Positions 43,205 to 53,355 of a stretch of 64,000 nucleotides of DNA are shown one piece after another. Source of the DNA: Caecitellus pseudoparvulus (lineage: Eukaryota; Protista; Bigyra: Bicosoecida). Both the position numbers and the translations under genes were made by a program. Position 1 is the stretch's first letter. Every line of letters starts with the position of its first letter. The notes under the pieces are model-generated. The model did no database searches. It worked only from the letters and a program-made list of their open reading frames with translations, and had not been told where the DNA came from. The stretch lies in contig CBFFRQ010000031.1 of assembly GCA_965644315.1 (NCBI GenBank), positions 124,001-188,000 of the forward strand, in the 5' to 3' direction.

Positions 43205-44633
43205 TCACTGCTGCGCCTTCTTGTTCAGGCGCTTGACGACGACGGCCGCCGCTGCAACGCCGGCCACTGCGCCGGCCACCGCGCCCAGCCCTGCCGCCCA
43301 CAGCAGTGAGCCGCAGCCCCAGGAGCCGCCGCCCCCCTCACCGCAGGCGCAGTCCGGCCCACAAGGCTGAGGGCAGGGACACCCGCTGGCTGCTCCAGTG
43401 CCGCACTTGCAGCCATCTCCGCAGTTGCAGGGGGGGGGACAGGCGCAGCCGCCGGCAGCGGCAGGCGCAGTGCCGCACTTGCAGTCGTCCCCACAGGGGC
43501 ACGGCTCAGGGCAGGCGCAGCCTGGCGAGCGCTTGGTTGGCGCAGAGCCACAGGCACAGGATGGACCACACTGGCAGGTGGAGCCGCAGGCACAGCTGGA
43601 CGCGCAGCAAGGCTCCGTGGCCGCTGCGGCGGGGGGTTCGCCCTGGAACGCCTCAAAGGCGGGGCTGCGGGGCAGGGCGGCCAGGTCCATCTCAGCGATG
43701 GTGCGGCGGATGAGGGCGACGATGGCGGGGGTGGCCACCCTGGCGGCTTCCAGGACCTCCTCGTGGTTGGGCGCCTCGGACGGGTCGTCGCCCGGCCCCA
43801 GACACTTGTTGGTGATGAGGGAGACGCCCATGACGGAGAGGCCCGCGTGGGCCGCCGTGACGACCTCAGGCGCGGTGGACATGCCAACGGCGTCAGCGCC
43901 CAGGATGCGCATGGCGCCGATTTCCGCGGCAGACTCGAAGGCGGGCCCAGACAGCCCTGCGTACACGCCCGAGTGCAGCTTGTCGGCGACGCCCTGCTCT
44001 GCAGCCACGGCGTGCAGCTTGGCTGCCAGGGCGCGGGAGAAGACGTTGTTCAGGGAGGGGAAGCGGGGGCCGTACCGGGTGTCATTCTTGCCCACCAAGG
44101 GGTGGTTGCCCGCCAAACCAGGCAAGTACAGCTGGTCTTTGATGCACATGAAGTCGCCCACGTTGAAGGCAGGGTTCACGCCACCGGCAGCATTTGTGAC
44201 GACGACGACGCGGACCCCCAGCGCGGCAAAGACGCGAATCTGAGCTGCAATGGTGGACAGTGGGTGGCCCTCGTACGCATGCAGGCGTCCACGGAGGAGG
44301 ATCTGCCGAGGGAGGCGAAGGTTGGGTTCAGAGCGTGTGCGGGGGACAGTGCGGCACAGCGTTTCGTGGGGCGTTTCGCCCACGCCAGGGCGCACGCACC
44401 ACGACTTTGTCTTCGATGTCCCCGATGACGAACTCGCCGACATGTCCCTGCACGCTGGGCACAGGGTATGTCGGCACTTCATCGAAGGGGATGCTCTTCT
44501 TGTTGGTGACGGCGCCAACCAAGGAAGCCAAGCCGGAGCCGCAGACCACGCCGACATCAGGCACGCGGCCGCCCAAGTGCTCACGCAGGCAGGCCGTGAC
44601 GCGGTGCACGTCCACTTCTGTGTGTCCAGCCAT
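43205..44633 (-). CDS. PNP: Purine nucleoside phosphorylase (trimeric type) fused to a metallothionein-like Cys-rich domain and a C-terminal TM anchor; intron 44399..44303; about 443 aa
   Basis: CGSGLA, QGHVG, GRLHAYEG, TNAAGG, GPAFESAAE, VGMSTAPE, ITNKC and PNHEEV. The same exon continues in frame into 26 Cys (CxC motifs) and LLWAAGLGAVAGAVAGVAAAAVVV-KRLNKK. Confidence 0.93.
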
Positions 44634-44960
44634 GGTTCAAGGAAGCTGCGAGGCGGGTGCGCGGTGCTGTTGGTGCGCTCAGCACGGCTGCAGGAAGCTG
44701 GCCCCAGAAGGTGACACCCGCGAAAGTTGCCCTCCCGGGCACTGCACTTCAGAGGGCCTTCAACTCACAGGTATCCACGGGAAGCTCAGCCAAGGAGGGT
44801 GGGGGCTGCAAGGGGGGTCTCAGGGCAAGCAACAAAATTGCGTGGGCATGAAAAGATTGCTGCCGGCGACGGATTGGCCTGCGCATTGTCCACCTGCTGC
44901 CCCTGACCTTCGCACGCCGATCACGAGCGGAGTGCGTTCGTTGTGCAGTGCGCTGGCACC

Positions 44961-47900
44961 ATGCAGGGTCTCGGGGCATTATGTGGGGAAATCCAAGAAC
45001 GGGAGGGCGTCCCTACGCCAGAGCCGCCCTCACTTCCAGCCCCTGGGCAGGCCTTCCCGCCAACGTTTCATCGAAGTGAGCGCCCCGGCGAAACGCCGAG
45101 GACCTCTCGCTTCCGGGCCAAGCTAGCTTCCGCGCGGGCCAGCAGAAGGCCCGCCTCCAGGGATCAGGGCAAGCCTTCTACCACTGGTGATGCCGCCTCG
45201 GGCCGTCCCAGTACTCGACCAGGCGAGCTGGACAGGCATGCCATCCGAGCACAGAACGCTGCTCTGCTGGCTCGCATGTCTGAGCAGGAGATGCAGGAGA
45301 CGATGGACAGCGCAGCTGGCCTGCTGTCCTCCCACGCCCTGGCCATGCTCGCACAGCGGGCACAAGGCACACAAGCCGCCCCTGCGCCACCACCACCCGC
45401 TGCCTGCCCGAGCACAAGCGGCGGCGAGCAGGCGCTGGACCTGTCCACCATCACAACGGAGGAAGAGCTCATGCAGGCGGCACAGGACCTGCCCCTCGCC
45501 GAGCGGGCCAAGCTGGCATGGACAGGCATGGTGCCCGTGGACGGCGATGCCGCACCTGCCACCACCACCTCCGTCGGCACGCAGGCGGTGGGGCTGCTGG
45601 CAGAGGAGGCGGCGGGGGCGCGGGAGCCTGCCTGGCGCGGGCAGGAGCACGTCCGGTACGACCTGCAGGGTGCCTTGGCCCGGCAGGATGCCCCCTACGA
45701 CCAAACCCTGCACCACCACGGCGACGCGCCGGAGGAGGCTGGGTACACGCTGCGGGAGCTGGTGGGGCTAGCACGCTCCACGGTGGGCGGGCAGCGCACC
45801 CTGGCACTGACTGCCATCACGGGCATCCTACAACGGCGCCGGGCTGCCATCGTGCGAACGTATGCGCCGCCAGGGGCCGCGGCACCGGGCCCGCCGGCAG
45901 ACATCTCCCCCCCCCTCATCCCCAAGGTCCTGCCCGTCATCCTGCGGTGCGCCCTGGACGACGGACACGCAGCTGCCCGGGCGGCAGGCATCGCAGCGCT
46001 GGAGGCCTTCGCCGTCGCCCCTGAAGACACCGCGCTGAGCCTGGACGTGGACCTGGCCGCGGGTGCGGCGGGGTGTGCCTGGCCACCCGCCTGTGCCGCT
46101 CCCCACGCTCAAGGCGCGCTGCCCCTGGCCCACCAGGTGGACAGCATCCAGGTGCAGCGCCCTGGAGACGCAGAGGAGGAAGGGGGCGAGGAGGCGGCCC
46201 AGGCGCCCAAAGACGGCGCGTGGGCCGCCGCAGCCGTCTGTGCGCGGGACGTGTGGGCGGGGCTGGCTGCCATGCACACCGTGCACCGCCTGGCCACACT
46301 GCTGACGCTGCCCCAGGCGACGCCTGTCCAAGCGCCGGCCCACGCACAGGTCCTGCACATGCTCACGGCAGCTGTGCGGGCAGACCCGGGCCTGGCGCAT
46401 GGCATGGTGCACATGCGCACTGCGGGGTCCCTGGGGCCTCGTAAGCCCAAGGTGTCCGCGACGCTGGCAGGGGGGGACCCGCTGCACGGCTCCATGCACC
46501 CCCTGTCCCCCCTGGCCCTGGCCCTGCACAGCGTGGCAGGGTGCCCAGCTGGCCCCAGCCTGGATGCCGTGCTGGCGCTGGCCACAGCCGTGGCGCTGAG
46601 TGGCCCCACGGCGGCCGCTGCTGTCGGCGACGGCACTGCTCTGGAGGATGTGGTGGCGCGCGTGGGGCAGGGGCATGCGGGCATCCTGCCGCCCAGCACG
46701 ACAGTCCTGGCGCTGCGCCTGTGGCGGGCATGTGTACCTCACAGCCGCGCGGCGCGGGATGCCGCCGCCGCCACCTGGGCCCTTCTGCACGAACTGGTGC
46801 AAGGAGACGGCGCCCTCGTGGCGGCTGCCGCGGCGTGGCTGGTGGCTGACCTCGTGCATGCCACCGTCCGGGCATGGATCAGCCTGCAGACACCGCCGAC
46901 GGAGCCTGCGGATGAGGGCGCCACAGCGGCAGAGGTGCCGCAGGAGGCGCTGGGGTTCACGAAGGACGCGGCAGTGGACCAGCTGACGCCCTTCCTGCAG
47001 TGGGCGGGGGACGTGGTGTCCTCCGCCAACCACGCCCACTTGCTGCCTCCTGCCTTGTCCCTGCTCTGCTCCGTCCTGTCCCTCCCCTTCAGGCCGGCCA
47101 CCGAACCAGTGCAGCTCACGCCCGTGACCTGCCTCGGAGACGCCCTGGCTCTGCCTCTGCAGGCCGTGGCAGGCAGCCCGCCACTCCTTGCAGCTGTCAA
47201 ACGCGTGGTGGGGGAGGCACTGCACGCAGAGGACACGGCCAAGGCGCTGTCCCTGGCACCGCCCGCGGGCCCCCACGCCCCTGGCACTCTGCTGCACCTC
47301 GCACGCTGCCTGGAGCACACCGCCCCTGCCGCCCCCTCCTCGGCACCAGCCCTCGCAGCACACATATCTGCGCTCCTGGCAGCGTGCGAGCAGGCGGAGA
47401 CGTGGCTGCCGCCCTGCCTGTCTCGGCAAGATGCCGACGTCGGCGTCGTGCTCGTCGTGAACCCCGCCCTGAACCACCCCTCTGCAGCGCTGCCGGCACT
47501 GGCGCAGCTCCTGCGACAGGCCGCCGCCAGCGTCAGCAGCCCTTCATTCCTGCGCCTGGTGCAGGGTGGGGACTCACGCCTGGCTGCCTTGGCCCTGGGG
47601 GTGTGGACCCAGGCCGCGCGGGCGCTGGAGTGTGCCGTGGAGGGGCAGGAAGCCCTCGCCCAGGCACTGGTGCAGGACGTCTTTGGAAGCTACCCCCTGC
47701 AATGCGCCCTGCAAGCTGCCTTGGCGCTCCTTGCACCAGCCCACCTGCCGCCCAGCCTGCAGCAGGCACCCAAGGCCCTCGCGAGCAGTGGGCCAGACAT
47801 GGGTGCCATGGTGCGGGAGGCCCTGCTGCACTGCATTGGGCCGCGCAGCACAGGGCACCCCCGTCGGGGCAAGCACAGGTACAACAGCGCTGTGGAGCAG

Positions 47901-49328
47901 CTGCGCGAGGCACGGGCGCTGGCCTTCCCGCAACACATCGCCGCGCTCATGTCACCGGCCCCACCCGCGTGCAGGGAGCTGCCTCTGTCCGGGCACGGCG
48001 TGCTGGAGCAAGCCTACACGAAGCATGTCCGGGGGCTGCCGCTCCCACGAGACCCTCACTGGGCGTTCGCCCTCCTGTCTGCAGCCGCAGAGCGCGCGTC
48101 CCTCCGGTCTGCCCCTGTCGGACTGCTGCGCCCTGAGGAGGAGGATGCAGAGGCACGGGGGGAGGGCATGGGGGACCCTGGAGCAGGCCTGTACGGCGCA
48201 GCGTGGCTGGCTCTGGCCCACAGTGCCGTGTGCGCAGTGAGCACGAGCTTGACGGGGCGCCAGGGCCACATGGGCACGCTGGGGCCAGCACAGGGTCTGG
48301 CGGTGCTGGCCCTGGTGCAGGTGTCTGGATGCCGCCCCCAGTTCCTGGCCCTGCGCCGCCTGGCACCCTGCCTGGACAGTCTCACTTACGCAGTCCTGGC
48401 TGCCGCCTCGGCCTGCCCACAGCCCGCTCTCGACGACGCGGAGGATGCAGAGTACTGGCAGGCTGAGGCGGGGCAGGGGGCGCTGTTGGCGCGCTGTGCC
48501 GTGGCTCTGCCTGCCTCACGGGGCAGCGTGTCCCTGCCCCTGCGCGCCTGGACGTGGGCTGCTCGCTGGTACACGGGCGTGCCACCCGCCCTCTCACGGT
48601 TCATGCAGCAGGGCATGGCCCAGCCCACCGCGTGTGCCTTGGCGGCCCTGGCCTTGGCGCCAGGCCTCAACGCCCTCTCCACTGGCGTGCGCATCGGGCA
48701 GGAGGTGCCGGTGCCCGCCACAATGCGGCGCCTGCCCAGCGTCGCCAGCCCTGGCGCACCACCCCCTGCCACGCTGGCCTGGGACATGCTGGTGGCTAGG
48801 GGCAGGGTGGGGCACTTGCTCCATGACCCCGCTGCAGACCTGCCCCCCCCTCACCACCCCCTTCTGGCACCCCACTTGCCCTTCTCGGCCGTGTACCCCG
48901 ACCGCCTGACTGGTGGCATGGTGCTGGATGCGGTGCTGTCCGGTTACATGCAGCTGCCTGAGGCAGGCGCCGCCACCCCCTTCGCCGTCACATGGGCGGC
49001 TCACCACATCAGGCAGGGCTTGTTCTCGGGCTCCCCCCTGGCTTCCACGCACACTGCCTGTGCCGCCGTGGCCCGGACACTGGTGGCTGCCAGTGCCCGC
49101 CCCAGCCTGCTGCGCTTCCTGGCCCAAGTACTCGGGGGGGCCCTCCCCCTTCACACCGCCGCCGTGGCAACCGGTGGCCGAGCCGTGCAGGTGCTGCGCT
49201 TGGTGCTGCAGGGTGCGGCAGGCACGCCAGGGGCCGCATGGACCCCGGCCGCGGGGGAGGCGGCCCCTATCCAGCGCGCCCTGGTCATGGCTGGGACAAG
49301 CTTGGCCGACCTGCCTGCCGAGGCGTGA
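44961..49328 (+). CDS. RPAP1: RNA polymerase II-associated protein 1 (Rba50/MINIYO)
   Basis: GEIQERE, RPAP1_N (IRAQNAALLARMSEQEM), RPAP1_C (RYDLQG...LHHHGDAPEEAGYTLRELVGLARSTV..QR.LAL) and LRCALDD. Confidence 0.9.
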   Translation: MQGLGALCGEIQEREGVPTPEPPSLPAPGQAFPPTFHRSERPGETPRTSRFRAKLASARASRRPASRDQGKPSTTGDAASGRPSTRPGELDRHAIRAQNAALLARMSEQEMQETMDSAAGLLSSHALAMLAQRAQGTQAAPAPPPPAACPSTSGGEQALDLSTITTEEELMQAAQDLPLAERAKLAWTGMVPVDGDAAPATTTSVGTQAVGLLAEEAAGAREPAWRGQEHVRYDLQGALARQDAPYDQTLHHHGDAPEEAGYTLRELVGLARSTVGGQRTLALTAITGILQRRRAAIVRTYAPPGAAAPGPPADISPPLIPKVLPVILRCALDDGHAAARAAGIAALEAFAVAPEDTALSLDVDLAAGAAGCAWPPACAAPHAQGALPLAHQVDSIQVQRPGDAEEEGGEEAAQAPKDGAWAAAAVCARDVWAGLAAMHTVHRLATLLTLPQATPVQAPAHAQVLHMLTAAVRADPGLAHGMVHMRTAGSLGPRKPKVSATLAGGDPLHGSMHPLSPLALALHSVAGCPAGPSLDAVLALATAVALSGPTAAAAVGDGTALEDVVARVGQGHAGILPPSTTVLALRLWRACVPHSRAARDAAAATWALLHELVQGDGALVAAAAAWLVADLVHATVRAWISLQTPPTEPADEGATAAEVPQEALGFTKDAAVDQLTPFLQWAGDVVSSANHAHLLPPALSLLCSVLSLPFRPATEPVQLTPVTCLGDALALPLQAVAGSPPLLAAVKRVVGEALHAEDTAKALSLAPPAGPHAPGTLLHLARCLEHTAPAAPSSAPALAAHISALLAACEQAETWLPPCLSRQDADVGVVLVVNPALNHPSAALPALAQLLRQAAASVSSPSFLRLVQGGDSRLAALALGVWTQAARALECAVEGQEALAQALVQDVFGSYPLQCALQAALALLAPAHLPPSLQQAPKALASSGPDMGAMVREALLHCIGPRSTGHPRRGKHRYNSAVEQLREARALAFPQHIAALMSPAPPACRELPLSGHGVLEQAYTKHVRGLPLPRDPHWAFALLSAAAERASLRSAPVGLLRPEEEDAEARGEGMGDPGAGLYGAAWLALAHSAVCAVSTSLTGRQGHMGTLGPAQGLAVLALVQVSGCRPQFLALRRLAPCLDSLTYAVLAAASACPQPALDDAEDAEYWQAEAGQGALLARCAVALPASRGSVSLPLRAWTWAARWYTGVPPALSRFMQQGMAQPTACALAALALAPGLNALSTGVRIGQEVPVPATMRRLPSVASPGAPPPATLAWDMLVARGRVGHLLHDPAADLPPPHHPLLAPHLPFSAVYPDRLTGGMVLDAVLSGYMQLPEAGAATPFAVTWAAHHIRQGLFSGSPLASTHTACAAVARTLVAASARPSLLRFLAQVLGGALPLHTAAVATGGRAVQVLRLVLQGAAGTPGAAWTPAAGEAAPIQRALVMAGTSLADLPAEA

Positions 49329-49373
49329 GTGCCCCCCTTCCTCCGCCGCCGGCGTCGTCAAGACAGGCATGCA

Positions 49374-51319
49374 TTACGTCGCTGGGCAAGTGCTGGCCAC
49401 GCCGTGCACGGCAGACAGCAGGGTGGCCACCAACTCCCCCGCGTCCTCCTCCAGCACCAGCTCCAATTCACTGAAGAAGCTCTCCAGGCCCTTGGGCAGT
49501 CCCCCTGTCAGAGCGTTCATGATGAACGTCGTCATCGTCTCGTCTGCCTCGCCCAGCAGCTCAGTCAACTGCTGCTGCACCAGCGGCGCCAGCACCTCCT
49601 GCAGCTCGCTGTCCTTGTCTGCTTGGGAGATCGTCGTCCACAGGCGTGTGAGGGGGTACTCCAGCCACCCAGAGTACGCTGTGGGCGGGGGGGGCAGGGG
49701 CTGACCGTCCCCGCCACCAGCGGCAGCAGGCGCATCAGCTGCGCCGGCGCCGCCAAAGGCGATGGAAATCGGCTCCGCGTCCTTCAGCTTGCGTGCAGCA
49801 GAGGAAGCAGCCGTGGCAGTGCCAGTGGCAGGGGCGCCTGCGACCGCGCCCTCCTCCTCGTCGCTGTCCTCGTCTTCAAACCGCGCGTCCCGGGGGCGAT
49901 CGTACCGCCCCCCTCCCCGCCGCACACGCTCCCCCTCACCGCCACGGGCCTCTGCACCGGGCTGTGCACCAGGAGCCCCCGCCGTCTCTCCACGCCCTGC
50001 CCGCTCACTCCCCGGGGGGGGCGACCGGCTGCGCTCCCGCTGCTGCGCCTCCTGGGCCCGGGCAGCCCTCGCCCGCTCCCGCGCCGCCCGGATGCGCTCC
50101 CGCTGCTTGCGAGTGGCCTCCGACGCAGCCGTCTCCCTGAAGGCGTCGATGGCCGAGACAACCTTGTCGTCGATCACCGGCATGTGCACGTCGGCGCCGG
50201 AGTTGCCAGCCAGCCCCGCCTGCTGCTCCGCCGCCAGGGCGTCCTGCCGCGCTGCCAGCTCCGACGTGTCCCCTGCGCCGCCACCCACGACGCGCTGGGA
50301 AAAGAGGGCCTTCAGACTCTCCATCTTGCGCCGCCCGTCCTGGGCGTCCGTGTCGCCCGCCTGGCGCCCACCCCCCAGTCCCGCCCGCAGCACATCCACC
50401 ACCCGCCCCCCCAGCACATCCAGCTCCTTGCGCTCCGCCTCTGTCACGCGCCACACCCAGCGCATGCTGTCCGAGACGTCGGAGGGCACCTCCAGCGCCA
50501 CCTCCACCACGGCCGCCTCCCCCTCCTCCACCTCCTCCTCGCCCCCCTTGGCCTCCTCAGCCTGGGCCTTGCGTAGGGCAGTGTGCCACGTGGACAGCGC
50601 AGTCAGCAGGGACGCGCCGACCTTCACCACGAAGCTGTGTGTGTGGGACACGGGCAGGCCGTGCAGCACCCTGACAGCGTTCAGGAGGGCCTCAGGCTGC
50701 CCGAACTGCACGAATGCGAAGCCCTTCGTCTCCTGCGTGTCGGGGTCCGCCCCTCGCTTCCACATGCGCACGGTGCCGAAGATGTCCATGATGCGCTGCA
50801 GCGTCCCGTCGTCCATGTCCTCGGGGAATTTTCCCACCCACGCCCGCAGCGGGGCGTCCACAGTCGGCAGGGCAGGCTGCGGTGGCGGCGCAGGGGCGCT
50901 GGAGGCAGGCGGAGCTGGCAAGCCTAGTGTGGCGGGTGGGGCGGGCACGCCGGGTGGGACGGGCATGCCGGGAGGCAGAGGCATGCCTGGGGGTGGAGCC
51001 ATGCCTGGGGGCATGGGCGGCATGCCTCCAGGGACAGGCATGCCTGGGCGCGGCGGCGGCATGCCTTGCATAGGACCAGGCGGCATGCCTGGGCGGGGGA
51101 AGTAGCCCTGCATGGGCGCTCCATACCCGGGGTGCATGGGGGCACCATAACCATACGGCATGCCGTAGCCTGGTGCACCGTAGCCAGGCTGCTGGGGTGG
51201 CATGCCTGAGCAGGGGGCAGGGCGGAGGGTGGCAAGGGTGTGAGCGGAATTTGACCAGCGCCAGGCAACTCACCATACTGCTGGGGTGGCCACCCGTAGC
51301 CTCGAGGGGGGCCAGACAT
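49374..51319 (-). CDS. RBM25: RNA-binding protein 25 (Pro-rich N-terminus, RRM, PWI); intron 51273..51206
   Basis: RRM AWVGKFP...FGTVRMWKRG..KGFAFVQF...AVRVLHG. C-terminal PWI-like YPL.RLW...ELLGEADE....FI...ELELVLEEDA. Confidence 0.82.
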
Positions 51320-51446
51320 GGCGCAAAGGCAGAGAGGTAGCGCAGCGCAAGGCTCTTCTCTTCACCCCCTGGACTGCCTACCAGCTGTGCATTGTGGCAG
51401 GTCGTTGGCTTGAGTTTGAACAGGCCGCCAAATGGTCCCAGGCCCC

Positions 51447-53085
51447 TCACCCAAAGTGAAAGGGCACGCCACCGCCCCTACGGCGGCCACCCCCCCCACC
51501 ACCACCCCCGCCGAAGAACATGCGGAAGATGTCCTCTGGGACCCCTCCCTGCATGCCGCCGCCGCCGCCGTGGAAGCCGCCCGGCCCATCGCCGTCCAGG
51601 TCTTCGATGTCCACGCCCGAGTCATACCGGGCCTTCTTGGTGGCGTCGCTCAGCACGGCGTTGGCTTCGTTGATGTCCTTGAACAGCGTCTCCGCCTTCT
51701 TCTTCTCCTCCGCGCCCTTGGACGCGAAGCGGTCTGGGTGGCACTTCAGCGCCATCTTGCGGTACGCCTTCTTGATGTCGGCCTGGCTCGCCGACCGCGG
51801 CACGCCCAGGATCTTGTAGTAGTCCTTGCGCTTGGCCGCCTTGAGCAGGTGCCTGTACTGCCGCAGGTCCCGCTCGATGTTGCGCATGGTGTCCCTGTCC
51901 TCCGCCAGTCGCTTGGCCGCCTCTAGGTCCCGGCAGGCAGTCTCCAGCGCCTCGGCGTCACCCACCTCCTTCAGGCACTGCGCCCGGCGCAGGTACGCCT
52001 TCAGGTACGAGTCGTCCAGTTCCAGGCATGCCGTGCAGTCGGCGGCAGCCTCTGCCCACTGCCGCAGCTTCATGCGTGCAGCGGCGCGGTTGGCCAGGAG
52101 CTTGGAGTTGAAGGGGGCATTGGCAGGGTCCAGCGCCAGTGCGGAGGAGTACTCGGCAATGGCATCCGCCCACCGCCCAGCTTTGAAGGCGTCGTTGCCA
52201 GCGGCCTTGTGCCGCTCCATGCCTCGCAGCTTGCGGAACTCTGCCTTGATCTCCGCCGCGTCGGGGTCAGACCGCAGTGCCGCCCGGAGGGAGGTGACGG
52301 CCGCTTCGATGTTGCCTTGGCGGGCCAGGGCCTGCGCGCGCACCTGCACCAGTGCCACGCTGCGGGGGAACTGAGGCAGCAGCTCCGTCGTCAGCGCGTA
52401 CGCGTCGTCGTACCGCCCCATGCCGGCCAGTGCCGCCACACGCATTTCCTGCAGGCGCTGGCAGGCGGGCGCGTCGGCGCGCGCTGCGCCCACGAGCTTG
52501 TCCACCATGCTGTAGTTCCCAGCTGCTAGGTACTCTTCTGCCTTGTCCTGCCGCCTCTCGGTCAGGTTCACGATTTGCCGGTCCTGCGGGTGCAAGGGGG
52601 GGGGGGTGGCGTGCCGTGGGCGGCAGCAGCACAGCTCGCAGCCAACGCACCTTGGAGGCATTGGCGTCCATGGGGTCCTGGATCAGGGCCTTGGTGTACA
52701 TGTCGGCGGCCTCGGTGTACTTGCCCTGCAGCGGGGGGGGCACAGCCAGTGCAGGCAGCGAGCGCTCCCGTCGGTTCCAGCGCCAGCCGGCACTCACCAT
52801 GGCCAAGTACGCCTTGCCTGCGCGCAGGTATGCCTTGATGAACTTCGGGTTCAGCTCAATGGCAGACTTGCAGTCTGCAATGGCCTTCTCATAGGCTTTG
52901 ATCATGAAGTGCGCCGCGGCACGGTTCGTGTAGAAGCTGACCGACTGGGGGTCTGCAGCGATCGCCTTCGTGTACGCATCGATGGCGGCACGGTAGTCCC
53001 CTGCCCGGTACGAGTCGTTGCCTTGCTCCTTCCAGTCCAATGCAGTGGTGTCCGCATCGTTTCCGAGCACATTCTCTGCAGCCAT
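51447..53085 (-). CDS. DNAJC7: DnaJ homolog subfamily C member 7 (TPR repeats + J domain); introns 52797..52726 and 52650..52584
   Basis: TPRs WKEQGNDSY...YTNRAAA and [11 protein letters not shown]...NRAAA, J domain [11 protein letters not shown]...CHPDR, and a G/F-rich tail. Confidence 0.93.
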
Positions 53086-53355
53086 GGTGACTGCAGGCTC
53101 CAGCTACAGGCCTACAACCTCGCAGGACGGGGTCAGTTCAATTTCCGCGAGCAACCCTCCTGACTGCAGGCGTCAACGTTGGGCTTGCTGGTGGGGGCCA
53201 GGTTCGAGCCAAGCGACACTTTCAACAGCATGGATGGCTGCATTGCTGTGCCTGCTGCGAGGGACGGCTCTCGGATGGCGCGGCTTTGCCGGCCATGCGC
53301 CACTGCTGGCCTTGGCTGTGCTGAGCAGAGCACTCTCCGCAGCGCCTTGCACCCG

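Noticed and set aside
50940-51205. Repeated GGCATGCC units resembling a repeat array or CRISPR
   Set aside because: They are codons for the Gly-Met-Pro repeats of RBM25. Spacing is irregular, there are no cas genes, and the context is eukaryotic.
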